Shown: positions 1 through 8,264 of the stretch, piece by piece | Layout: every line of letters begins with the position of its first letter | Position numbering within the stretch: the stretch's first letter is position 1 | Source of the DNA: an uncultured Gemmatimonadales bacterium | GTDB taxonomy: Bacteria; Gemmatimonadota; Gemmatimonadetes; Gemmatimonadales; GWC2-71-9 | Direction of reading: 5' to 3' | Length of the DNA stretch: 64,000 nt | NCBI GenBank assembly: GCA_963773095.1 | Contig: CAVYZY010000012.1 | Location: forward strand, 123,130 to 187,129 | Translations under genes and position numbers: made by a program | The notes under the pieces: generated by a model | Seen by the model: only the letters and a program-made list of their open reading frames with translations | What the model was told of the DNA's origin: nothing | Databases searched by the model: none

Positions 1-562
1 AGTACCCCGCCACGTCGTCGCGCGTGTATCCCGACAACTGCTCCTCGGTGCCGATCCGCCAGCGCCGGATGCGGTGATGGTCGAACATCAGCTCGTGCAG
101 CGTCTCGTAGGTCACGGCATCCGGGGTGTCGAGCTTGCGCTTGGCCTCCTGGATGATGACCCGCAATTCGCGCTCGAGTTCGCCTGCGTCGATCAGGGAG
201 TGGCGTAGCGCGTCCGCCTGGATGTCGACGGCCCGCGCCAGCGCCGACGCCGGCAGGACCACGAAGTAGCTGGTCCGGTCGTAGGACGTGGAGGCGTTGA
301 GGTAACCTCCGGCCGCCTTCGTTTCCCGCGCGATCTGTCCCACAGCACGGGTCGGCGTGCCCTTGAAGAACATGTGCTCCAGGACGTGCGAGATGCCGAT
401 CCAGCGATCAGGCTCGTCGAAAAACCCGGCGCGCACATAGGTGATGGCGGCGACGGCGGGCGCGGAATCGTCACGCTGGACGAGAAGCGTGAGGCCGTTC
501 GGGAGCACCTCGCGATGAACGTCGGCCGTCCAGCGGCGGGGAGGAGTGGCGGTATTGGTCAT
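1..562 (-). CDS. M16 (pitrilysin/insulinase) family zinc peptidase, N-terminal part; gene continues past the left edge
   Basis: Absent from the ORF track because it is truncated. My minus-strand translation from the ATG at complement 560-562 gives MTNTATPPRRWTADVHREVLPNGLTLLVQRDD...DRWIGISHVLEHMFFKGTPTR. This contains the inverted zinc motif HxxEH (HVLEH) in its usual N-terminal position. Confidence 0.85.
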   Translation of the reverse strand, partial: MTNTATPPRRWTADVHREVLPNGLTLLVQRDDSAPAVAAITYVRAGFFDEPDRWIGISHVLEHMFFKGTPTRAVGQIARETKAAGGYLNASTSYDRTSYFVVLPASALARAVDIQADALRHSLIDAGELERELRVIIQEAKRKLDTPDAVTYETLHELMFDHHRIRRWRIGTEEQLSGYTRDDVAGY

Positions 563-576
563 GGGATAAGGATAGT

Positions 577-632
577 CAGGAGCGGTGAGCGGTAAGCGAT
601 GCCTGCTCACTGCTCACCGCTCACTGCTCACG
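577..632. repeat. Inverted array of heptamer repeats (3x GGTGAGC-like, then 4x GCTCACN) forming a long imperfect hairpin between the TPR gene and the M16 peptidase gene
   Basis: Read directly: caggagc ggtgagc ggtaagc ... gctcact gctcacc gctcact gctcacg. GAGCGGTGAGC (580-590) is perfectly complementary to GCTCACCGCTC (612-622). Confidence 0.6.
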
Positions 633-637
633 CGGTT

Positions 638-1753
638 TCAGTGGAGGATCCGCAGCACTCCCGCTTCCGAGCTCCCGCGAATGAACGCTTCGGCATCGGT
701 CAGCGGAATGACGATACCGGTCTCGGTGCGGCCGCGGCGGGCCAGGCTCGCCATGAACTCGCTCATCGGGGCGTCGGCCCACTCGGGCTCGGCGGCCTTC
801 ATCTGCATCAGGATCTCGTCCCAGGTGCCGCGGAAGGAGTGGCCGGCAAGCGTCGCCACATGATGAGCGTCGCCGCCGGGCCGTCTCTGCATCGCCTGCA
901 GTTCCGTGAGCAGCGTGCCGAAGAGCTCGAGCTGGTGCGGATCGCGCACGGTGCCATCGGGCTGCTGCGCCTCGATCTCGGCGAGGAGCATGTCGATGGC
1001 GTCGGGCTCGCCTGCCACCTCTCCCAGCCGGCTGTACCATGGCGCGAGCTCGAGGTCATCGTCGGGCAGCCGGTAGACCGTCTTCTTGAGCTCGATGCAG
1101 CGCCACAGGCCGAGCTCGTCGTAGTGATCGTCGGGCTCGGTGCGCTCGACATGGTGCAGCGCCGCTTCCGTCTCGCCGCGATCGTAGAGCATGTTCGCGA
1201 GATAGATGCGCGCTTCGGGGTATTGCGGTTCGAGCTCCAGCGCGCGCCGGATCCAGAACAGGGCGCCGGGATCGTTGCCGAGCCGGTGGGAGGCATAGCC
1301 GAGGCACGCCGCCGCCTCGGGCGACTCACCGTGCGCGGTAACCGCCAGCTCGAAGTACCGGTGGGCCTGCGCCAGCAGCCCTTCCCGGAAGCACGCACGA
1401 CCGAGCTGCAGCATGAGCTCCAGATCCTCACGGAACCCGAGCGCCACGATCCGTTCATACGCGCGCAGCGCCCCCGCCCGGTCGCCGAGCTTGAGCAGTG
1501 CCTCACCCAGGCCGGCCAGGGCATCCTCATTGTCGGGATCGAGCGCGATGGCGATTTCGAAGCTGCGGCGGGCCCACGCGTAATCCTCGCGGGCGAGATG
1601 GGCGTACGCGGAGCCGACGTGCAGTTCCACCGCATTGGGATACAACGAGAGCCCCTCACGCAGCAGCGCGAGTGCTTCCTCGTAGGATCCTTCATTGTAG
1701 AGCTGGTGGGCCTGTTCGTCGAACTCGTCGGAGCTACGGAATGCGTCCGACAT
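638..1753 (-). CDS. TPR repeat protein with a non-TPR C-terminal domain
   Basis: 371-aa ORF. The N-terminal 220 aa show repeated 34-residue TPR-like units (EEALALLREGLSLYPN, WARRSFEIAIALDPDN, GALRAYERIVAL, AQAHRYFELAV, ALFWIRRALELEPQYPEA). Confidence 0.75.
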   Translation of the reverse strand: MSDAFRSSDEFDEQAHQLYNEGSYEEALALLREGLSLYPNAVELHVGSAYAHLAREDYAWARRSFEIAIALDPDNEDALAGLGEALLKLGDRAGALRAYERIVALGFREDLELMLQLGRACFREGLLAQAHRYFELAVTAHGESPEAAACLGYASHRLGNDPGALFWIRRALELEPQYPEARIYLANMLYDRGETEAALHHVERTEPDDHYDELGLWRCIELKKTVYRLPDDDLELAPWYSRLGEVAGEPDAIDMLLAEIEAQQPDGTVRDPHQLELFGTLLTELQAMQRRPGGDAHHVATLAGHSFRGTWDEILMQMKAAEPEWADAPMSEFMASLARRGRTETGIVIPLTDAEAFIRGSSEAGVLRILH

Positions 1754-1910
1754 CGGCAGGGGGCCTCCCGTGCGGGTTGGTCAATATTACGGACAGGGGC
1801 CCTGTCAGGCAAGAGTTTGGGTCGCAACCGTCTCGAAATATCTATCGCCAACGGCTGGAAAGGCTTGCCGCACCTTCGCCGAGGGCATTGCGGCTCGTGA
1901 AGCTATGATT

Positions 1911-1934
1911 ATATTACTGACCAGTCAGTTATAT
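1911..1934. promoter_or_regulatory. Candidate TetR operator (24-bp near-perfect palindrome) just upstream of the tetR-family gene
   Basis: ATATTACTGAC-CA-GTCAGTTATAT has 10 of 12 symmetric pairs. It lies in an AT-rich island and is followed by AGGAG (1936-1940) and the GTG start at 1951. Confidence 0.55.
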
Positions 1935-1950
1935 CAGGAGCGGTCACCAC

Positions 1951-2601
1951 GTGCTGGACACATCGCCTTCCCCCCGCTGGCAGCGCCGCCCCGATGCCCG
2001 CCCCGAAGAGATCCTGGACGCCGCGCTCGAAGTCTTTGGAGCGCAGGGCTTCGCGGGCGCGCGCCTCGAGGACATCGCGCGTCACGCCGGCGTCAGCAAG
2101 GGCACTCTCTACCTCTACTTCGACTCCAAGGAAGCGCTGTTCCGCGCGATGGTCCGCGCTCGTGTCGTCAGCGTGCTCGAAGAGAGTGAGCGGGAGCTGC
2201 TGCACGCCGAGGGCGACACGCGCACGAAGCTCGAGTTGCTGATGCGTCGCATCTGGGGCGTGGTGGGCGATCCATCAATGGCACGGATCATCAAGCTGGT
2301 GCACGGAGAACTGAACAACTTCCCCGAGCTCGCGCACTTCTACTTTGAGGAAGTGATTCTGCGGGTGCGCGCGCTCGGGCTCAGGGTCCTGGCGCAGGGT
2401 GTCGCTGCCGGCGAGGTAAGGCCGGAGCAGGCGCAGTTCGCCGCGCGGGCCATGCCTTCCCTGCTGGTGATGGGCAGCAAGATGCTCCACTTCTTCGCGC
2501 CCCTCGACCCGGCTCCGCTCACCGCAGACGCGATCGTCTCGGGCACCATCGACCTTGTGCTGAATGGCGTACTGCCGCGCGACGCGGGGACGGAACGCTG
2601 A
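1951..2601 (+). CDS. TetR/AcrR family transcriptional regulator
   Basis: 216 aa. N-terminal HTH typical of TetR (RRPDARPEEILDAALEVFGAQGFAGARLEDIARHAGVSKGTLYLYFDSKEALF). Confidence 0.9.
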   Translation: MLDTSPSPRWQRRPDARPEEILDAALEVFGAQGFAGARLEDIARHAGVSKGTLYLYFDSKEALFRAMVRARVVSVLEESERELLHAEGDTRTKLELLMRRIWGVVGDPSMARIIKLVHGELNNFPELAHFYFEEVILRVRALGLRVLAQGVAAGEVRPEQAQFAARAMPSLLVMGSKMLHFFAPLDPAPLTADAIVSGTIDLVLNGVLPRDAGTER

Positions 2602-2603
2602 TC

Positions 2604-3923
2604 ATGCGCTCCCTTCGTGCGACCGTGGTCGCATCATTGCTTGCCGCCTCGCCCCTCGTGGCCCAGGCGCCGACCCTCGTCCCCCCGGGACCGCTCACCC
2701 TCGACGAGGCGATGCGGTGGGCCTGGCAGCGCGGAGTGGCTGCCTCGGTTGCGCGGCTCAATGCCGACGTGGCCCAGTCGCGCGTCGGCCAGCGCCGCGC
2801 CGACCTGCTGCCGCAGGTACAGGGCGAGGCGAACTACTCGCGCCAGACGCTCAACCTCGATGAGTTCGGCATCCCGATCGCCACCGGCGTCACTGCGCCA
2901 TTCAACCTGTATCACTTCCGCCTCGCCGGCTCGCAGTCACTGGTCAACTTCGCCGCGATGACCCGGGTGCAGTCCGCGTCCGACTCATCGGTCGCGGCGA
3001 CGTTCGACGCGCAGTCTACCGGGAGCAATGCCGCGGCGGTGGCCGGGGTCGCGTACGTGCGGGTCCTGGGCATCGGCGAGACGATCCGCGCGCGCGTGGC
3101 CGACAGCGTGATTGCCGCCGACCTGCTGTCGCAGGCCCGCCAGCTCGCCGATGCCGGCATCAGCGCCGCAATCGACGTCACCCGCAACGAGGTCAACCTC
3201 GGCGCCGTGCGCACCCAACTGGTCGTTACCCGGAACCTGCTGTCGCGCGCCCGGCTCGACCTGGCCCGCGCCCTGAGCCTGCCGCCGGAATCGTCGATCG
3301 AACTGGCCGATTCCCTCGGCCAGGAGGACCAGCGCCTGCCCACCGACCAGGACTCGGCGGTGGCCTTTGCGAAGGATCATCGACCCGAGGTGCTGGCCGA
3401 GCAGCGCCGCACCGAGGCGGTGCGCCTCAGCCGGCGCGCGGTCGGGCAGGAGAACCTGCCCAGCGCCGGCATCGCAGGGTCGGCGCAGGAGAGCGGACAG
3501 CAGACGGACGGGCTCGCCGGAACCTGGGCCGTCCAGGTCGGGATCTCGGTGCCGATCTTCGACGGACTGCGGAGGCAGAAGCGCCGGGACGAGCAGAGCG
3601 CGCGCTACGACGCGCAGAAGCTCCGCGAGTACGACGTGACCCAGCAGGTGGACGCCGAGGCACGACAGGTCGTGCTCGACCTCGCCGCCGCCCGTGAAGA
3701 GCTCCTGGTGGCGCAGCAGCGCCTCCACCTCGCCGATCTCGAGCTCAAGCAGGCGGATGAACGTGTCTCGGCGGGTGTCGCCGGCAGCGTCGAGACGACC
3801 AATGCGCAACGCAACCTCGTGGGCGCGCGAGACGCGCTCATCCAGGCCCGGGTTTCCCTGGACATCGCCCGGATCAATTCATACCGCGCGCTCGGCGTCA
3901 TCGTGCCCGCGAACAGCCAGTGA
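2604..3923 (+). CDS. TolC-family outer membrane efflux protein
   Basis: 439 aa. Signal peptide (LLAASPLVAQAP), LTLDEAMRWA start and two coiled-coil repeat halves typical of OMF/TolC. Starts 2 nt after the tetR stop. Confidence 0.85.
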   Translation: MRSLRATVVASLLAASPLVAQAPTLVPPGPLTLDEAMRWAWQRGVAASVARLNADVAQSRVGQRRADLLPQVQGEANYSRQTLNLDEFGIPIATGVTAPFNLYHFRLAGSQSLVNFAAMTRVQSASDSSVAATFDAQSTGSNAAAVAGVAYVRVLGIGETIRARVADSVIAADLLSQARQLADAGISAAIDVTRNEVNLGAVRTQLVVTRNLLSRARLDLARALSLPPESSIELADSLGQEDQRLPTDQDSAVAFAKDHRPEVLAEQRRTEAVRLSRRAVGQENLPSAGIAGSAQESGQQTDGLAGTWAVQVGISVPIFDGLRRQKRRDEQSARYDAQKLREYDVTQQVDAEARQVVLDLAAAREELLVAQQRLHLADLELKQADERVSAGVAGSVETTNAQRNLVGARDALIQARVSLDIARINSYRALGVIVPANSQ

Positions 3924-3953
3924 CGCACCGTACTTGCACAGCGAGCCCCGATC

Positions 3954-5066
3954 ATGACTGACGTGCTGACCGACATCCCACCGGCTGCTCCAGCCCGCAC
4001 GGCATCCGCGTCGGGGCCCGAGCCCGCAACCCGTGCGGAGCGGGTTCGACTCGTAGTCATCCTGCTCGTGGTCGCCGCCGCCGCCACGTGGGGCATCCGG
4101 ACCTGGCTCGCCAGCCGGCTCGTGGTGACCAGCGACAATGCGCAGGTGGATGGCCACATCACGCCCATCGCGCCCAAGGTGCAGGCGTTCGTGAGCCGCG
4201 TGCTGGTGGAGGACAATCAGCAGGTGAAGGCCGGGGACACCCTGGTGGTACTCGACGCGCGCGACCTGCAGCTCCGTCTGGAGCAGGCCCGCGCCGACCT
4301 CGCCTCGGCCCGGGCGCAGGCGGGCAGCGGTCGCGACGCGGGCCAGGCCGCAGCGCAGCTGGCCGCCACGCAGGCGCAGGCCGCCGGTGCGGAGGCCACC
4401 GTTGCGGCCGCGGAAGCGGCAGCGCGGAAGGCGAGTGCCGACCTCGAACGCTACCGCGGGCTCGCCGCCACCAAGGTCATCGCCGCGCAGCAGCTCGATG
4501 CCGCGCAGGCCGCCAACGATGCGGCGATCGCCAACGTCGACGCGGCGCGGCGGCAGGCCACCGCGGCGAGGAGCCAGGTGGCCGCGTCCGCCGCGGCGCT
4601 CAAGGGCGCCGGTGCGCGACTGGCGGCCGCCGAGGCGGCGGTCGGCACCGCCGAGACCCAGGTGGGATATACGGTGATCACGGCACCCATCGGCGGCATC
4701 GTCGCGCACCGCCGGGTCGAGCCCGGTGAGCTGGTGCAGCCGGGACAGGCCCTGCTCTCGATCGTGCCGTCCACCAATGTCTGGGTTACCGCGAACCTGA
4801 AGGAGACCGAGCTGCAGTACGTGAAGGTCGGTGACCCGGTCGAGTTCACCGTCGATGCGTACCGCGGCATCCGGTTCAAGGGCACCGTGGAGTCGCTCAG
4901 CCCGGCCACGGGAGCGCGCTTCGCGCTGCTCCCGCCCGACAACGCGAGCGGCAACTTCACCAAGGTCGTGCAGCGCCTCCCGGTGCGCATCGCGGTACCG
5001 ACGGAGGACCCGGCGCATCCGCTGCGGCCCGGCATGTCCGTCGACGTGAGGATCCGGGTGCGGTAG
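3954..5066 (+). CDS. HlyD/EmrA-family membrane fusion protein
   Basis: 370 aa. N-terminal TM, then TSDNAQVDGHITPIAPKVQAFVSRVLVEDNQQVKAGDTLVVLD (EmrA-like lipoyl motif), a long Ala/Gln-rich coiled coil and a C-terminal beta-barrel. Confidence 0.9.
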   Translation: MTDVLTDIPPAAPARTASASGPEPATRAERVRLVVILLVVAAAATWGIRTWLASRLVVTSDNAQVDGHITPIAPKVQAFVSRVLVEDNQQVKAGDTLVVLDARDLQLRLEQARADLASARAQAGSGRDAGQAAAQLAATQAQAAGAEATVAAAEAAARKASADLERYRGLAATKVIAAQQLDAAQAANDAAIANVDAARRQATAARSQVAASAAALKGAGARLAAAEAAVGTAETQVGYTVITAPIGGIVAHRRVEPGELVQPGQALLSIVPSTNVWVTANLKETELQYVKVGDPVEFTVDAYRGIRFKGTVESLSPATGARFALLPPDNASGNFTKVVQRLPVRIAVPTEDPAHPLRPGMSVDVRIRVR

Positions 5067-5077
5067 CCCACAGCAGC

Positions 5078-6664
5078 ATGGCCATCGCGGCACTCCCCCT
5101 TCGCCTGGAGCGATCGGAAGCGGAGGTCTACCGGCACCGGTACCTCATCGCCTTCGCGGTCACGCTCGCCAGCGTCCTCGAGCTCGTCGACACGAGCATC
5201 GTGAACGTGGCCATCCCGCACATGATGGGGAACCTCGGCGCGACGCTGGAGGAAGTGGCGTGGGTCAGCACCGGCTACATCGTGGCCAACGTCATCATCC
5301 TGCCGCTCACGCCCTGGCTCGCGGCGCGCTTCGGGAGGCGGAACTACTACACCGGCTCCATCATCCTCTTTACCGTCGCCTCCTTCTTCTGCGGCAACGC
5401 ACGCAGCCTCGAGGCGCTGGTCTTCTGGCGGGTCATCCAGGGCATCGGCGGCGGCGCGCTCATCTCGACGGCGCAGGCCATCCTGTTCGACGTCTTCCCG
5501 CTGAAGGAGCGCGGCACGTCGACCGCGATCTTCGGCATGGGCGTCATGGTAGGCCCGGCGCTGGGCCCCACGCTGGGCGGCTGGATCACCGACAACTACT
5601 CCTGGCCCTGGATCTTCTACATCAACATCCCGCTGGGCATCCTGGCAGCGTACCTCACCTGGTCGTACGTGCCGGAACCGAGGTACCAGGTGCAGCAGGA
5701 CCGCGGCGTCGACTGGCTGGGGCTGCTCTTCCTCATCATGGGCGTTGGAGCGCTGCAGATCCTCCTCGAGCGCGGTGAGTCGAAGGACTGGTTCGAGTCG
5801 ACCGAGATCATCACCGAGACCGTCATTGCGGCGATCGGCATGATCGCCTTCGTATGGCACGAGCTGACCACGGAGAACCCGATGGTGAAACTGCGCGTAC
5901 TCCGGCGCCGGCAACTCGCTGTCGGGGTGGTGTTCGCCAGCATCCTCGGGTTTGCGCTCTACTCCAGCGTCTTCGCATTGCCGGTGTTCCTGCAGAACTA
6001 CCTCGGCTTCAGTGCGTGGGACACCGGCCGCGTGCTCCTTCCCGGTGCCATTGCCACCGCGGTGACGATGGCGGTGGTCGGCAGGATGGCGAACAAGGTC
6101 GACGTGCGGCCGATCATCTTCGCCGGCGTGGTGCTCTTTGCCCTCTCGATGCGGCTGCACTCGCACTTCACACTCGAGACCGGCCAAGTCGACCTGTTCT
6201 GGCCCATGATCCTCCGCGGTATCGGGATGGGGCTCATTTTCGTGCCCCTCACCGGCCTCGCCGTGGCCGGCCTCGCGCCCTCGGACATTCCGCAGGGCAC
6301 TGGCCTCTACAACCTGAGCCGGCAGCTCGGCGGAAGCTTCGGTATCGCCATCACCGCGACCATCCTGACGCACTTCCGGGAGGAGAGCCGCGAGGCGCTG
6401 CGTGCGCACGTCACGATGTACGACCAGACCACCCGCAGCTGGCTCGACATGGTGACGCAGCGCATGCTGAGCGAAACCGGCAGCCTCGTGAGCGCGCAGC
6501 AGAAGGCGCAGGCGATGCTGGCCCGGGTCATCGAGGGCCAGGCGGCCGTCATCTCCTTCGAGAAGGTCTTCTTCATCATGGGAGCGGCGTTCCTGCTGGC
6601 CACCCCGCTGCTGCTCCTGTTCAAGACGGGCCGCGTGAGCGGCGGGGGCGGCGCGGCGCACTAG
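5078..6664 (+). CDS. MFS DHA2 (EmrB/QacA) 14-TM drug efflux transporter
   Basis: 528 aa. LASVLELVDTSIVNVAIPHMMGNLGA and WLAARFGRRNYY match EmrB-family signatures. Confidence 0.9.
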   Translation: MAIAALPLRLERSEAEVYRHRYLIAFAVTLASVLELVDTSIVNVAIPHMMGNLGATLEEVAWVSTGYIVANVIILPLTPWLAARFGRRNYYTGSIILFTVASFFCGNARSLEALVFWRVIQGIGGGALISTAQAILFDVFPLKERGTSTAIFGMGVMVGPALGPTLGGWITDNYSWPWIFYINIPLGILAAYLTWSYVPEPRYQVQQDRGVDWLGLLFLIMGVGALQILLERGESKDWFESTEIITETVIAAIGMIAFVWHELTTENPMVKLRVLRRRQLAVGVVFASILGFALYSSVFALPVFLQNYLGFSAWDTGRVLLPGAIATAVTMAVVGRMANKVDVRPIIFAGVVLFALSMRLHSHFTLETGQVDLFWPMILRGIGMGLIFVPLTGLAVAGLAPSDIPQGTGLYNLSRQLGGSFGIAITATILTHFREESREALRAHVTMYDQTTRSWLDMVTQRMLSETGSLVSAQQKAQAMLARVIEGQAAVISFEKVFFIMGAAFLLATPLLLLFKTGRVSGGGGAAH

Positions 6665-6737
6665 CCCGGACCCGCCCCCCGCGGCCGGGCCCTATATTCC
6701 GGGCCATGCCGGCTTCGCCGTCCCTTCATCGCCCCAC

Positions 6738-8264
6738 ATGACGTTCCAGCAGAAACTGCTCCTCGGCTTCGGGCTCATGGTGCTCCCGGTGCTGCTCGTG
6801 GGCGCCGAGGCGATCCGCAGCAATGCCCTCGAGCGCCGGGCCCTGGAGACCCTGGGCGAGAGCCTCACGCGGACCCGGACCTACTCCGAGGTCGAGACGG
6901 CAATGTTCAACCAGAGCGAGGTGATCTGGCGTTCGCTGAGCGGCATGGAGCCGCGCGCGCGCGCGGAATTCCGGCTCAGCGGCGAGGTGGTGGACTACTG
7001 GCTCGACCGCTGGACCGCGGAACTGCAGCCGGATGAGCAGGAGCTCGCCGTGGGCGTGCGGCGCATCGAGACGGAGATCCGCACGGTGGCCGACAGCGTG
7101 TTCGCACTCGAGGACCTGGGCAAGCGCGCGGAAGCGTACACGCTGGCCAAGGGGCAGCTCAAGGAGCGGCTGCTGCCGGCCCTCACCGAACTGAACCACC
7201 AGATCTACCGGCGCGCACGCGAGTTCAGCGTCTCCCGCGCGTTCAGCCGCGTGGCCGAGATCGTGAACAGCGAGCGTACCCTGCTCTTCTGGATCCTGCT
7301 GCTCTCGGTGGCGGCCGGGTTCGGCGGCGCGTGGCTCATCGCGCGCAGCCTCGCGCGCCCCATCGGCGAGCTGCGCCAGGCCATGACTGTAGTGGGCGGC
7401 GGCGATCTCGATCACCCGATCACCCCGCGTTCGGGCGACGAGATCGGCGACCTCGCGCGAAGCTTCCAGCAGATGACGGCCAACCTGCGGCAATCACGCA
7501 CCGAGTTGGTGCACCTCAACGCGGAACTGGGGGCCAAAGTCGGCCAGCTCCAGGCGGCGCAGGCACAGCTGGTGGAGCAGGAGAAGCTCGCGTCCGTGGG
7601 CCAGATGGCCGCGGGCGTGGCCCATGGCCTCCGCAATCCACTGGCGAGCCTTCGCGCGTCCGCCCAACTTGCGCTGCGACATCCCGAAACACCCGCGGCC
7701 CGGGAGTCGCTCGAGTCGATGATCAGCGAGGTGGACCGCCTCGACAAGCGCATCACGCACCTGCTCACCTTCTCGCGCCCGGCACCGCTGCACCCGATGC
7801 GCGAGAACCTGGCGACGCTCGTGGCGGGACTCCTGCCCGCCCTCAACCGCCTCCTGCAGGACCGGGCGGTCACCTTGCGCACCGACCTGCCCCAGGACCT
7901 TCCCGACACCATGCTCGATCCGATGAAGGTGGAGCAGACGATGCACGAACTCATCGCCAACGCCCTCGACGCGATGCCGGGCGGTGGCACGCTGGGACTG
8001 GCCGCGCGCGCGAGCGCCGACAGCAGCCGGGTGATCGTGGAGATTTCCGACACCGGGAAGGGCATCCCCGAGGACGTCCTGCCATCGGTGTGCGACCCGT
8101 TCTTCACCACGCGGCCCGAGGGCACCGGCCTGGGGCTCGCGATCGCCAAGCGGTTTGTGGAGCAGAATGGCGGCACGCTGGAGATCAGCAGCACACCCGG
8201 CCGGGGCACCACGGTGCGAATCCATTTTCCGTCCGCCCCCACCGCAAACGGAGGGCACGCATGA
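6738..8264 (+). CDS. Sensor histidine kinase (two TM segments, periplasmic loop, HAMP, HisKA, HATPase)
   Basis: 508 aa. HAMP region (RPIGELRQAMTVVGGGDLDHPI...IGDLARSFQQM), H-box LASVGQMAAGVAHGLRNPL, G1 DTGKGI and G2 GTGLGL. Confidence 0.9.
   Translation: MTFQQKLLLGFGLMVLPVLLVGAEAIRSNALERRALETLGESLTRTRTYSEVETAMFNQSEVIWRSLSGMEPRARAEFRLSGEVVDYWLDRWTAELQPDEQELAVGVRRIETEIRTVADSVFALEDLGKRAEAYTLAKGQLKERLLPALTELNHQIYRRAREFSVSRAFSRVAEIVNSERTLLFWILLLSVAAGFGGAWLIARSLARPIGELRQAMTVVGGGDLDHPITPRSGDEIGDLARSFQQMTANLRQSRTELVHLNAELGAKVGQLQAAQAQLVEQEKLASVGQMAAGVAHGLRNPLASLRASAQLALRHPETPAARESLESMISEVDRLDKRITHLLTFSRPAPLHPMRENLATLVAGLLPALNRLLQDRAVTLRTDLPQDLPDTMLDPMKVEQTMHELIANALDAMPGGGTLGLAARASADSSRVIVEISDTGKGIPEDVLPSVCDPFFTTRPEGTGLGLAIAKRFVEQNGGTLEISSTPGRGTTVRIHFPSAPTANGGHA

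Noticed and set aside
1-562. M16 peptidase as the missing PqqF/PqqG protease of the PQQ pathway
   Set aside because: It is the right protein family. However, it lies 9 kb from pqqA on the opposite strand and is separated by an efflux operon and a two-component system. There is no evidence of linkage, so I leave it as a generic M16 peptidase.
599-1900. 433-aa plus-strand ORF covering the TPR gene region
   Set aside because: It is the antisense mirror of a gene with clear TPR repeats. Its translation is Arg/Gly/His/Ala-rich with no motifs, the typical off-frame product of GC-rich DNA.
4451-6661. 736-aa minus-strand ORF
   Set aside because: It is antisense to emrA/emrB, which have strong family signatures. 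Its composition is low-complexity R/E/D/G/H. The same reasoning applies to 3879-5093(-) and 2985-3809(-).
7331-8260. N-terminal 310-codon extension of the response-regulator ORF (track ORF 7331-9652)
   Set aside because: The extension overlaps the histidine kinase out of frame and is Pro/Arg/Gly-rich. The receiver domain begins exactly at the ATG at 8261, which overlaps the kinase stop. Similar over-extensions were trimmed for metH (27945), the lipoprotein (25413), yggU (26269), czcA, czcB, OPT, polX and others.
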